In this document: positions 45,253 to 54,828 of the stretch, piece after piece
Numbering within the stretch: position 1 is the stretch's first letter
Layout: each line of letters begins with the position of its first letter
Source of the DNA: an uncultured Rhodopirellula sp.
GTDB taxonomy: Bacteria; Planctomycetota; Planctomycetia; Pirellulales; Pirellulaceae
Reading direction: 5' to 3'
Assembly (NCBI GenBank): GCA_964007735.1
Contig: CAXGAI010000005.1
Span: forward strand, 1 to 64,000
Length of the DNA stretch: 64,000 nucleotides
Position numbers and translations under genes: made by a program
Notes under the pieces: generated by a model
The model's input: only the letters and a program-made list of their open reading frames with translations
Told to the model about the DNA's origin: nothing
Databases searched by the model: none

Positions 45253-46872
45253 TTAAGGTATCTTTTCAGGAATAGGTGTTAACGCAGGGCCATCAACGTA
45301 AGCTGGTAGTTTGTATTCGTTCGGCGAACGATTGAAGAAGACAGAAAACGTCTCCAACTGATCGTTGGCATGGTCGAAGCCAGCAAGTTGTTCCTCATGA
45401 ATTAGTTCGAGTGAGTCAGGTTCCCGTTGTAACTGGTGTTTCTTTGTGAAATGTCGAGGTGTCAGGGTAATGATGTAATCAGAGCTGTATAAGAGTCCAT
45501 GTTGTACAGCATTTACGTTCACATTTTTACGGTACGATACGAGTCCCCAGTCCACGATTCTTGATCGTTCCAGTTTGTACGGAAGAATGCCAGCAGCATA
45601 AACGTGTACTTGTGGTGGGCGGTCAATGCCCTCCTGTTTCCAATGGGTATTAATTGCTTCCGCTTGCGTTTCCAGAATTGACATGAATTCGATATACGTT
45701 TGACGTGAAAGATTTGTGTACTCTCCATAGCGTCCCGGGTTTATGGAGATCTGATCGATGTAATAGAATTGTAGGCTTTGTATCGCAACCGCTAAAACCA
45801 TTACTACACCCCACCCACGATCTCCAAATCTTCCAGCTTGCAGGCCGTCATCGTGAATGTTGTCCATCAAGTCAATGACGATGATTACGAGGATGGGCAG
45901 GTAGGGAAGTAGCATCCGATAAGAAAACATCATGTGAGCAGTGGCTGTACCTGTGGCATAACAGAAGAAAATAATCCCACCTACGAAGATTCCCCAGTGG
46001 TTTTTCAACGTGACTTTGACCGTCGATCTCAGTCTCGATCCGTCATGTTTTACATGGCTAATTAATGTCCAGCCAAGCAATGGAAGAATACCTGTTAAAA
46101 GCCCGAATTGAATCATATACAAGACGTTGGTGCGTTGATGGTCCCAGCGTGCAGGCTTGTGGTAAACCGATGTCGGAAAGATATCGTGATAGTAGTTATA
46201 GGACACGACCAGCCAAGCCAGTGCGATCAGCAGCCCCGGAAGTAGGAGATACAGCATGGATCGCAGTTTGCTGTCCTCCGAATGGTTCCATTGGCAGTTC
46301 GCCACATGGAACCATAGCGGTAGAGTCACTAAACAACTGTCGAATCTGGTGAGAAATGCAAGTCCCAGACAGATTGAAAAGATCAGTTGGTTTCGATGTG
46401 AAAATTCCTCCCTGCAATGGCATGCTGCTGTAAACGCGACGGTTAGAAAACTGGAAAGATACATAGTTTCCAACCCACCTGCCGTCCAAAAGATAATGTA
46501 AGGACTAAGCCAAACCATGAAGCCGTAAAGCAGCAGTGTTCTGTATTGTCGTAGAATTTGATAGGAATACGCCGTGGCTGCGAAATGCAGTATCCATGCG
46601 ACAAGACGATTACTCCAAACCGATTCGCCGCTAAACCAATAAAGCACGCTGACGATTAAACTGTGCAAGGGCGAGGTCAACGCAGAGACGTACTCTCCCG
46701 GATTAAAAACGAGCCCGCTACCATCACTTAGGTTTTCGCTATAGCGATAGACAATATATGCATCTTCGGCGATGAAACTGCTAAACCAACCAAATAATAT
46801 GGCGTTCAGTACAGCAAATGCCAGTATGATTCTTGTTGCTTTGGACAACGTTACCTCTTGGGGTGATGGCAA
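45253..46872 (-). CDS. GT-C fold membrane glycosyltransferase, paralogue
   Basis: EDAYIVYRYS, G.GLVFNPGE, GGLETM, LTRFDS, YY..IFPTS and DWGLV. Confidence 0.72.
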   Translation of the reverse strand: MPSPQEVTLSKATRIILAFAVLNAILFGWFSSFIAEDAYIVYRYSENLSDGSGLVFNPGEYVSALTSPLHSLIVSVLYWFSGESVWSNRLVAWILHFAATAYSYQILRQYRTLLLYGFMVWLSPYIIFWTAGGLETMYLSSFLTVAFTAACHCREEFSHRNQLIFSICLGLAFLTRFDSCLVTLPLWFHVANCQWNHSEDSKLRSMLYLLLPGLLIALAWLVVSYNYYHDIFPTSVYHKPARWDHQRTNVLYMIQFGLLTGILPLLGWTLISHVKHDGSRLRSTVKVTLKNHWGIFVGGIIFFCYATGTATAHMMFSYRMLLPYLPILVIIVIDLMDNIHDDGLQAGRFGDRGWGVVMVLAVAIQSLQFYYIDQISINPGRYGEYTNLSRQTYIEFMSILETQAEAINTHWKQEGIDRPPQVHVYAAGILPYKLERSRIVDWGLVSYRKNVNVNAVQHGLLYSSDYIITLTPRHFTKKHQLQREPDSLELIHEEQLAGFDHANDQLETFSVFFNRSPNEYKLPAYVDGPALTPIPEKIP

Positions 46873-46987
46873 CCCATTTGTCGTATTTAATTATCTACGG
46901 AATTATGGAAGACAGAACGAACCGACGATGTATTATTCTTCCTATTAGCCTACAGGAATAACCGTTACGACTGTTGCAGAGTGACGT

Positions 46988-48241
46988 TCACAGGTACTGT
47001 CCGGCCAAAAAGCCTGTGGCAAACGCGGCGGTGAAATTGTAGCCGCCGATAGGCCCGTCCAAATTGAGAATTTCCCCCGCCAGAAACAGACCTGACTGGC
47101 ACTTGCTTTCCATCGTTTTTGAATCGATTTCCAATAAATTGACACCACCAGCGGTGACTTCCGCTTTGGTAAATCCAAGAGTTCCGGTCACTTTAGTGGC
47201 CAGTCCATGTAAAGCCTCTGTCAGCCTACGAATATTTGCTTTGGATACTTCGGCACAGCGAGATGTTGGATTGATTTTAGATTGTTCCAACAATACGTTG
47301 ATGACTCGTATGGGTAACAGGTCTCTAAGTGCCGTGCCGATTTGTTTCTTAGCTTGCTCGCGGAACAGGTTTTTTAAGTAAGAGAACTTTTGTTCAATAT
47401 TGAGGTGTGGCAGAAAGTTGATAAGTAGAAATAAATCTGAATCGTCAGAGTAGGAAATAGCCCTGCTGATGTTCATGGCTGACGGACCGGAGACTCCAAG
47501 ATGAGTGAACAGTGTTGATCCCCGTGTTGTTGCGAGTGTTTTTTGTAATGAGTTGATGATTGACAGTTCGACGTTTTCGAGCGTGAGGCCCTTTAAGTCA
47601 CGAGTCCAGCTTTGATCAGGTGTTTTCAGTGGGACCAGTGCCGGGACTGTTTTGACAATCGAATGGCCGAATTGTTTACACCATTGATATCCATCGCCTG
47701 TGGTGCCGCAGCCTGGGTATGAGAGCCCTCCCGTGGTGATTAGAACCTGTTCGACTCGATAGATAGCATGCTGAGTGTGCACTTGAAAGGTGTTGTCTGC
47801 TGACTCAATGGTATGTACCGGTTCATTCAGATTTAAGGCGACATTGTTTTTCGCAGCATCTGAGACCAAGGCGTCCAATACGTCTTTTGCCCGGTCACTT
47901 CGTGGGAAAACCTTACCAGTAGGTTCGATCTTGGTTGGTACCCTACGCTGGTTGAAGAAGTCGATCAGGTCTGTATTGGAGAAAGCGGCCAGTGCTGAGT
48001 GGAGAAAACGTCCTTCTTTACCAAATGCAGAGAGGATTCCAGCAGTATCAGTATTTTGTGTGAGATTACAACGCGTACCACCGGACATCAGAATTTTCAC
48101 GCCGGGTTTCGAGTTTTTTTCAAGCAGCAATACGCGGCGCCCTCGCTTTGCTGTTTCTATAGCAGCCATAAGTCCGGCTGCCCCTGCGCCGACAATCACA
48201 CAGTCAAATGTACTGATTATGTTTTGTGAAGTTTCAGGCAT
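46988..48241 (-). CDS. HI0933/YhiN family FAD/NAD(P) oxidoreductase
   Basis: GAGAAG, KILMSGGTRCNLT, GKVFP, TGG.SYP..GTTGDG, LFTH.GVSGP, VTAGGV and GGYNF. Confidence 0.92.
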   Translation of the reverse strand: MPETSQNIISTFDCVIVGAGAAGLMAAIETAKRGRRVLLLEKNSKPGVKILMSGGTRCNLTQNTDTAGILSAFGKEGRFLHSALAAFSNTDLIDFFNQRRVPTKIEPTGKVFPRSDRAKDVLDALVSDAAKNNVALNLNEPVHTIESADNTFQVHTQHAIYRVEQVLITTGGLSYPGCGTTGDGYQWCKQFGHSIVKTVPALVPLKTPDQSWTRDLKGLTLENVELSIINSLQKTLATTRGSTLFTHLGVSGPSAMNISRAISYSDDSDLFLLINFLPHLNIEQKFSYLKNLFREQAKKQIGTALRDLLPIRVINVLLEQSKINPTSRCAEVSKANIRRLTEALHGLATKVTGTLGFTKAEVTAGGVNLLEIDSKTMESKCQSGLFLAGEILNLDGPIGGYNFTAAFATGFLAGQYL

Positions 48242-48824
48242 CTGGTCGCTTATGCTTGTGAGTGACCCAAAGAAAGATAATGGCTGTCGTGAAGGCGAAC
48301 AGTGTGATAGGTGGAAGTTTACCGGGCCATGTGCTTGGACTGAACCAGATGTTGAATCCCATGAAAGCGGTGTGCCCAGCAGCTAATATAAGTAGGGCCC
48401 TTCCCAGTCCGCTGACAAGACTCAAATCAGTCCCTTTCCGTTTGCTGATCGATACTCTCCACAAATGTATCAGGCAGACAAACGCTAAAGCTCCGCAAAG
48501 CAACGAGAGGCTCGCAGGAAGTGTCAGTCGGTGAGAATTTTTCTCGAATAATTTTGAGAAGTACTCGGGTGAGAAAATAGTAAGTGTGATGACGACGTGA
48601 ATTAGTAGACAATATGCTGCCGCGACGCCCAACTTATGACGTCCTGAGGTTGTTGATTTCAATCCTGCTATGCCCAGCAATAGTAACCCCCCGTATGCTA
48701 ATACTTTGTTGAGTACATAAAATGGGATGTCCGAGGCCGGGACATCCCCAAAAACGTTATAGCGCAGCACCGCATAGCTCATGAAAATAACGAAGATAAT
48801 AAGGATGAGCTTTTTAGGAGACAT
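48234..48824 (-). CDS. STEAP/ferric-reductase-like heme-b membrane protein (transmembrane domain only)
   Basis: IP.YVLNKVL, R..LG........IH and LG...L.L...H...LPP match STEAP transmembrane motifs by eye; overlaps the downstream gene by 8 bp. Confidence 0.6.
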   Translation of the reverse strand: MSPKKLILIIFVIFMSYAVLRYNVFGDVPASDIPFYVLNKVLAYGGLLLLGIAGLKSTTSGRHKLGVAAAYCLLIHVVITLTIFSPEYFSKLFEKNSHRLTLPASLSLLCGALAFVCLIHLWRVSISKRKGTDLSLVSGLGRALLILAAGHTAFMGFNIWFSPSTWPGKLPPITLFAFTTAIIFLWVTHKHKRPDA

Positions 48825-48940
48825 CGGTAACTATGTTAAAGACTTGTAAAAACCTATTTTCACCTTACTCGAATATTGGCACAACCTGAGAAGATGCTCA
48901 AAACTATGGTAATAGAGGCGTTTGCTATAATCGGAGAATT

Positions 48941-49462
48941 ATGACTTTGCCAATCCCCATTGCCATTTCGTCGTGTTTGATAGGGCAAAACGTACGCTAC
49001 GACGGTAAACATAAGCTTCAAACCTGGCTGGAAAGCGTGGATGGAGTTGAGTGGATCCCGATTTGCCCGGAATTAGAAGCCGGGATGACTGTCCCTCGAG
49101 AGAAAATTCAGATCGAGTTACATGCTGGTCAAAAGATGTTGATGGCAATTGAATCTCGTCAGGATTGGTCGGAAAAGATGGATTCAGTTGCCGCATATTG
49201 GATTGAGCAACTTCAGATTCAAAATGTTTGCGGCTATGTTTTTAAGTCGAGATCACCCAGTTGTGGGCTAGAGGATGTTCCCGTCTATGGTGGAATACCA
49301 GGCGAGGTAATGGAGCTAGGGCAGGGGCGTTTTGCTCAGCGTGTTCATGAAGCGATGCCCATGATGCCGCTCGTGGAAGAAACACAGATGGAAAGTGAGC
49401 GACTGCGAAAAGAGTTCTTTCGACAGGCCAGAATGTTTCAAAATGATCGTGATTTTGGTTAA
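48941..49462 (+). CDS. DUF523 (TudS-like [4Fe-4S] thiouracil desulfidase family) protein
   Basis: ISSCLIG..VRYDG, ICPE...G..VPRE, KSRSPSCG and G.G.FA. Confidence 0.85.
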   Translation: MTLPIPIAISSCLIGQNVRYDGKHKLQTWLESVDGVEWIPICPELEAGMTVPREKIQIELHAGQKMLMAIESRQDWSEKMDSVAAYWIEQLQIQNVCGYVFKSRSPSCGLEDVPVYGGIPGEVMELGQGRFAQRVHEAMPMMPLVEETQMESERLRKEFFRQARMFQNDRDFG

Positions 49463-49554
49463 ATAGCGCCAACCCATTCTGAAGTTGTAAGTCGGGAGAA
49501 ACTGCTGTAGGATTTTACTACAAGGTTCTTTCATAAGATTTGCTGTTTTAAGTA

Positions 49555-50019
49555 GTGAATGTTCTCAATAGGTTTAAAAGTCTGATGATCAAGTCCGGTA
49601 TCCTTTCTATCTGGTTACTAACTCTTGCCGTTACCTCTTTGCCAGCGGATGACACAAAGATCTTTAATGGTGACTGGGAAGTTGCTGTCGCAGTGATTGA
49701 AGGCAGTGCAGTACCTGCTGACTTTAATAAGATGATTCAGTTGAAAATGCGCGGTAAGCAATATATGACTTCACGTATCGGCGAAGTTGTTGACGAGGGA
49801 ACATTCATTCTGGAGGAGGATACTAAACCTGCAAAGATTGAGATCACAGGAGTCAAGGGAGAGAATGCAGGGAAGAAAATACTTGGAATCTATAAATTGG
49901 AGGGAAGAGATAAGCTAACCATATGCTATTCACTGGAGGGGAAGGCTTATCCGGAGAAGTTTGACGGTAAGGGGCCTGGAATGGTGCTCATTACCTATAG
50001 TCGTAAAAAGGTTAAATGA
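49555..50019 (+). CDS. TIGR03067 planctomycete domain exported protein
   Basis: Signal peptide; G.W.V, GTF.L...KPAKI.I and GIYKL.G.DKLTICY. Confidence 0.75.
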   Translation: MNVLNRFKSLMIKSGILSIWLLTLAVTSLPADDTKIFNGDWEVAVAVIEGSAVPADFNKMIQLKMRGKQYMTSRIGEVVDEGTFILEEDTKPAKIEITGVKGENAGKKILGIYKLEGRDKLTICYSLEGKAYPEKFDGKGPGMVLITYSRKKVK

Positions 50020-50295
50020 ATTCCAGTGTCGGAGTTGAGCAATACGCCACGTCACCTCCAATAATTAGCATAAAAAGCCCTGTAAATCGTTAAAATTTAA
50101 TTCGCTGGACGCATCTAAGGTCTTTGGGGCATTAGTTGGGAAATGTTAAGACGTTCCGGTTATAGCGTCGCCAAATCAGTTTCTGCCCTCGGATTTTTCT
50201 TGCTGGGCGATTGTTTTGGAAAATCCGCGCGTTTTAGGTCGAGGTTGATAGTGTCATATTGTGCTTTAAGTTTCGTTTATGAGCTATTCCTAGAA

Positions 50296-50325
50296 TTGAC
50301 TTAGGATTTCAAGGGTACGTATGAT
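50296..50325 (+). promoter_or_regulatory. Sigma70-like promoter
   Basis: TTGACT-18 nt-TATGAT, about 60 nt upstream of the GTG start at 50385. Confidence 0.55.
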
Positions 50326-50384
50326 AGAAGAATGAGAAAGGTCCTTTTGAGGGATCAATAACAGCTAATTCAAAGGGGAATACA

Positions 50385-52076
50385 GTGCTGTTCAAAAAGT
50401 TATGTTTAGCTTTGCTCTTAGCCGGTTGGTTTTCGTCTATGAAGGTAGCTAATGCGCAACAACCTTCACCTTATACCGAAATTCCGATTGCTCCTCAGTT
50501 TGATTTGGCGCCACATCAGGCTCCTGAATCCCGAGCGCAACTGAATCAGGTAAAACAAAACATAAATCAAGCCCGTGCTCAAATTGCATTGATCATGCGT
50601 GGTGAAGCCCAACTCAATACGTCCTTTACACTTGGGGAAGGTACACCCGGTGCGGTTCAGATGACGAATCAGGGGCTTCTTAAGGGTTGGTATGAAAACA
50701 ATATCTTTGCTCAGTTCACTCATGCCCGGTCTATGGGTGATCTTTCCGCTCAGCGTTTGACTTTTGTCAATGAATTGAATACTCGCTGTCAGAATGATGC
50801 AATGTATCAGCACATTGCCAACAATGTCGTTTTACCTCAGATGCAGAAATTCATAACCGGTAATTTTCATCCGGCGGTTAAATATAATGCGATGTTGATT
50901 GTCGGTCAGATGAACCAGCAGTCCAATTTCAATCCAGATCAAACCCGAAGAGTTCCTGTACCTTCGACTGTGGCGTTGAGTTTTCTTGTGCAAAATGTTC
51001 AGGGTGGTGCTGCTAATGATGCCATTCTTCTCGCAAGTTGGGTGGGTGTTCTACGTCATGTCAGTATGAATCGTTTGACGAATCACATTCCTGGCAACAA
51101 TCAGGTCGTGATTGCAACGCAGGCTTTAAGCCTCCTGAATCAGGACGCGGTGGCTGCCGGACGTACCCCTTCGGGCCAGACATGGCTGCAACGACGAGCG
51201 TTAGAAGTTCTATCCGCTATTGGACGTGATAATGGCCAAATTCTTCCAGCGATTGTGGCAATTGTTAAAGATGATGACGCCCCGATCTCGTTACGTTTAT
51301 CAGCAGCTAAAGCTCTACATTACTTCTATTATGATGCTCAAACGAAGGTTGCCGTTGAGGATACCTCCAACGCACTTGGCTTGCTTGCCATTAAGATTTG
51401 CCGTAATGAATTCGCTCGGGTTGAAGCTGAGAAAGAAGCCGAAGCTGCCCAAACTGCTGGTGGTGTCGCCGATTTTGGTGATGGCATGGGCGGTATGGGA
51501 GGAGCCATGGGCGGTATGGATGGTGGCATGGGCGGTATGGATGGTGGCATGGGCGGTATGGGAGGAGCTATGGGCGGTATGGATGGTGGCATGGGAGGCA
51601 TGGGAGGCATGGGAGGCATGGGAGGCATGATGGGCGGTGACGTTTTTGGTGGCGGTGCTTCAGTCCTTAGTAAGGAAGAGAAACGCCGAGTTGATTACTC
51701 CCGTCGAATTCTTGCCTACCAACTTTACCACGTGGTACTGGCGATTGGTAAAGAAGGACGTCAGGCAGGTCCTAATACGATTCCATCTACCGGAATGGTC
51801 TTGGCGGCTGCTCAAGATAACGCGGGAAAGGCTGCTCTTACAAAATTGCAAGAAAGTATGGATGAATTAATTGCGACGATCCGCATGCCAGCTAATAACA
51901 GCACTGTCTCACCGGATGAACCAGTTGAAGAGCCGGATCGTGAAACCATGTTGGCTGACCTCGAAGATGAAGTGCGAAAGTTTGAGAGCTTTTTGTTGCC
52001 TGCGGCAGTTCCTGTTGAGGCCGCCGCTCCAGCAGCCAAGCCAGAGGAAACTACGCCAGTGGTACCTGGCAGCTAA
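50385..52076 (+). CDS. Exported helical (HEAT-like) protein with internal GGM-rich tract
   Basis: Signal peptide ending ANA-Q; helical-repeat-like segments; GGMGGMDGGM tract. Confidence 0.7.
   Translation: MLFKKLCLALLLAGWFSSMKVANAQQPSPYTEIPIAPQFDLAPHQAPESRAQLNQVKQNINQARAQIALIMRGEAQLNTSFTLGEGTPGAVQMTNQGLLKGWYENNIFAQFTHARSMGDLSAQRLTFVNELNTRCQNDAMYQHIANNVVLPQMQKFITGNFHPAVKYNAMLIVGQMNQQSNFNPDQTRRVPVPSTVALSFLVQNVQGGAANDAILLASWVGVLRHVSMNRLTNHIPGNNQVVIATQALSLLNQDAVAAGRTPSGQTWLQRRALEVLSAIGRDNGQILPAIVAIVKDDDAPISLRLSAAKALHYFYYDAQTKVAVEDTSNALGLLAIKICRNEFARVEAEKEAEAAQTAGGVADFGDGMGGMGGAMGGMDGGMGGMDGGMGGMGGAMGGMDGGMGGMGGMGGMGGMMGGDVFGGGASVLSKEEKRRVDYSRRILAYQLYHVVLAIGKEGRQAGPNTIPSTGMVLAAAQDNAGKAALTKLQESMDELIATIRMPANNSTVSPDEPVEEPDRETMLADLEDEVRKFESFLLPAAVPVEAAAPAAKPEETTPVVPGS
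51477..51640. repeat. GGM-coding repeat tract (21-bp and 9-bp units)
   Basis: ATGGGCGGTATGGATGGTGGC and GGAGGCATG repeats. Confidence 0.85.
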
Positions 52077-52091
52077 TCAGAACATAAGGGA

Positions 52092-52667
52092 TTGATTATG
52101 AAATTCAAGTTGAATCTGACAGATATTCTTACGGCAACACTTCTGGTGTGTATGGGCGTCGTCCTGCGTTTGGGACTTGAGGACTATCCAAATGTTTCAC
52201 CTGTAGCGGCCTTGGCATTGCTAGCGGGCTATATTTTGAGAGGGCGAGTATTGGCGTTAGCCGTTCCTTTGATCGTGTTGACAATGAGTGATTTATATTT
52301 CGGAGGCTATGATCCGAAGGTGATGGTTTCCGTTTACGCTTTACTCGCATTGCCAGCATTAGCCGGGAGATCGCTAAATAACTTTCATCAAAATCAAAAG
52401 TCCCCGGCGCTGTCGGTTGCTTCAGTAGGAGCGACAGGTCTGGGGTTCTCAGTCCTCTTCTTTCTTGGAACCAACCTTGCCGTTTGGTCAAGCAGTTCAT
52501 TCTATCCGATGAATCTGACGGGCTTACTGGAGTGTTATACCGCAGCACTCCCATTCTTTCGCCAGACCATTCTAGGTGATATGATTTTTGTCAGCCTGTT
52601 CTTCGGTAGTTATGCCATGGGGAAGGTCTGGTTGACCTCAAAAGCTGATCAGCTTGTTGCCGAATGA
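52092..52667 (+). CDS. DUF6580 putative transporter (ECF S-component-like)
   Basis: R......PNVSPVAALAL..G, SD...G, FFLGTNLAVW and Y....GL..CY..ALPFF...ILGD. Confidence 0.75.
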   Translation: MIMKFKLNLTDILTATLLVCMGVVLRLGLEDYPNVSPVAALALLAGYILRGRVLALAVPLIVLTMSDLYFGGYDPKVMVSVYALLALPALAGRSLNNFHQNQKSPALSVASVGATGLGFSVLFFLGTNLAVWSSSSFYPMNLTGLLECYTAALPFFRQTILGDMIFVSLFFGSYAMGKVWLTSKADQLVAE

Positions 52668-52671
52668 AATC

Positions 52672-53076
52672 TTAAGGCGTTGATTGTTGGAATACTTCGT
52701 ATTTCCATGTAATTCGATCGTTTGCCTGCAATTTATAGGCTCCGACACCAACATTAGCTCGCTGCCCATTCACATAGAACATCCAATTTTTGCCATTCCC
52801 TTCGTTCCTGATCATGTCGATTTCAAAAATGAAGGTTAGTTCACCGCTTCCTCGAGTCTTAAACGGAATCTTGTGAGGATGCTTTTGCATTGATTTCATC
52901 GCGTCCAAGACGGTATCTCCACGTGAGAGGGAGATGGTTTTATACTGTTTGCTAAATCCATTGCCATAGTCAAATTGTAAGATAACGGTCTGTTCGTTCG
53001 TTGCAAACGATGCAGGGCCATTCAAGAGTAAGATGAGAATCAAACAGATCGAAAAATAAGGGCGATGAGGCATCAC
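52672..53076 (-). CDS. Exported DUF4430 (transcobalamin C-terminal-like) protein
   Basis: Signal peptide; TVLDA, FIFEID...N and WMFYVNG..A.VG...Y.L...D.I.W.Y. Confidence 0.75.
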   Translation of the reverse strand: MMPHRPYFSICLILILLLNGPASFATNEQTVILQFDYGNGFSKQYKTISLSRGDTVLDAMKSMQKHPHKIPFKTRGSGELTFIFEIDMIRNEGNGKNWMFYVNGQRANVGVGAYKLQANDRITWKYEVFQQSTP

Positions 53077-53186
53077 TTAAAAGGGATTAGAGTCAGGTGA
53101 TATTGTCTTACGTACAATAAAGTATAAATCAACCCGTTCATTATAAAGGGCCTGCCGCTTCCCAGGATAATCTAGTTACCAGTTTC

Positions 53187-54791
53187 ATGAAGTTCCTCCA
53201 AGTTCTACAACAACGTGCTAAGTTAGCTGATTCGTGCTATGCATTGCGGATTTATGATGAGCATGATTCGCAAGAGATCGGTTGGCAGGAATTATATGAA
53301 CGTGTGCGTGTCACCGCTTTGTTATTGCAAAATCTTGGGGTTGCACCCGGCAATCGGGTTGGCTTGTTAGCCGAGAATAGTTTGGATTGGATCCTGATTG
53401 ATTTGGCTTGCCATTATTTGCATGCCGTGTCGGTTCCAATGAATACGCATTTGAGTCCGCAGCAGATCTCTAAACAAATTCGTCATTCAGGAGCAAGCTT
53501 GTTGTTTGTCTCGGAGGAATTTTATTCAGACTTGAATTTAGGCCCGGGGATCCCCATCGTAATCTTAGGCCGGACAGATGGAATTACTGCAGAACAGCTA
53601 ACACCTGTTTTAGGAAACTTTGATGAAATGATTGTCTCGGTATCGGCATTAGATCGGGAGTTAGCTATTCCTTCCGGAGAGTCTGAGCGAGTTGCATCGA
53701 TTGTGTATACATCTGGTACAACAGGCGAGGCTAAAGGAGTTATGCTGACCGAGGAAAATCTGGTGTTTGATGCCCAGATGGCATTGCAGCGTTATCAGTT
53801 TGATCCTGACACGCATCAGTTTAACTTTCTCCCTTTTTTTTATGCATTTGGTCGAACTTGTGATCTGTATGTATGGTTGCTTGGTGGTCATCGGCTTACA
53901 TTAGCCTCTTGCCGGAAAAAAGCGGTGGAGGAAGTAGGTGCAACGGCTCCCACTCATATTAATGGTGTGCCTTATTTCTTTGAGAAGCTTGCAGCTTTGT
54001 CTGCCCAGTCCGATAGCAATGACGACGTACTTGGATCCAATCTGTCTCAGATCAACTCTGGAGGCTCAGTTCTTGCTCGTAATGTTTTTGACTTTTACCA
54101 GTCGAATTCGATAGCAGTTCTTCAAGGGTATGGTTTGACTGAGACATCTCCAGTGGCGACATTAACGGGTCCTGATGACATTCGATATGATTCCGTTGGT
54201 TGTGCGATAGATGGAACAGAGATTAAGTTAAGTGACGATGGCGAAATTCTCATTAAAGGACAACACGTATGTGCTGGTTATTATCGGGATGCAAAAGCCA
54301 CAGCGGATTTAATCTGTAATGGATGGTTGCAAACCGGTGATCTTGGAAGCTTAGACGAAGATCAGTTCTTATATTTAACGGGCCGCAAGAAAGAGCTGAT
54401 TGTTACGTCGGGTGGGCAAAATATATGGCCTCAGTCGATTGAGCAAATATTGCTGGAGCATGATGCGATCGAGCAGGCGATTGTGTTTGGTGATGGTCAG
54501 AAGTTTTTGACAGCCATCTTGTTTCCTGATTGGGAGTATTTTGCAGATCAAGTTGATGTTTCCGGGACCTCGGATCACTGGAAAGATAGCCCAAATGTTG
54601 AGCGATGGTTTATGCAAATAGTAAATAAACAATTGGAAGATCGGGCATCATATGAACAGGTAGCTCGTATTGCATTACTTAGCTTGCCATTTTCGTTCGA
54701 GCAACAGCAATTGACCGTGAAGGGGACCTTGCGAAGAAGTGTGATTAAAGAGCAATTAGCAGATGTTCTCGATCGACTTTATACCAGTTAG
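53187..54791 (+). CDS. Long-chain acyl-CoA synthetase (AMP-binding, FAA1/FadD-like)
   Basis: YTSGTTGEAKGVML, QGYGLTETSP, TGDLG, GRKKELIV and LT...LRR. Confidence 0.9.
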   Translation: MKFLQVLQQRAKLADSCYALRIYDEHDSQEIGWQELYERVRVTALLLQNLGVAPGNRVGLLAENSLDWILIDLACHYLHAVSVPMNTHLSPQQISKQIRHSGASLLFVSEEFYSDLNLGPGIPIVILGRTDGITAEQLTPVLGNFDEMIVSVSALDRELAIPSGESERVASIVYTSGTTGEAKGVMLTEENLVFDAQMALQRYQFDPDTHQFNFLPFFYAFGRTCDLYVWLLGGHRLTLASCRKKAVEEVGATAPTHINGVPYFFEKLAALSAQSDSNDDVLGSNLSQINSGGSVLARNVFDFYQSNSIAVLQGYGLTETSPVATLTGPDDIRYDSVGCAIDGTEIKLSDDGEILIKGQHVCAGYYRDAKATADLICNGWLQTGDLGSLDEDQFLYLTGRKKELIVTSGGQNIWPQSIEQILLEHDAIEQAIVFGDGQKFLTAILFPDWEYFADQVDVSGTSDHWKDSPNVERWFMQIVNKQLEDRASYEQVARIALLSLPFSFEQQQLTVKGTLRRSVIKEQLADVLDRLYTS

Positions 54792-54828
54792 GATGTATTA
54801 AATAACCACGAACCCTGAGAATATTGTT

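Noticed and set aside
50020..50384. Cobalamin riboswitch upstream of the operon containing DUF6580
   Set aside because: No recognisable B12-box or conserved core by eye; only a sigma70-like promoter. An Infernal scan would be decisive.
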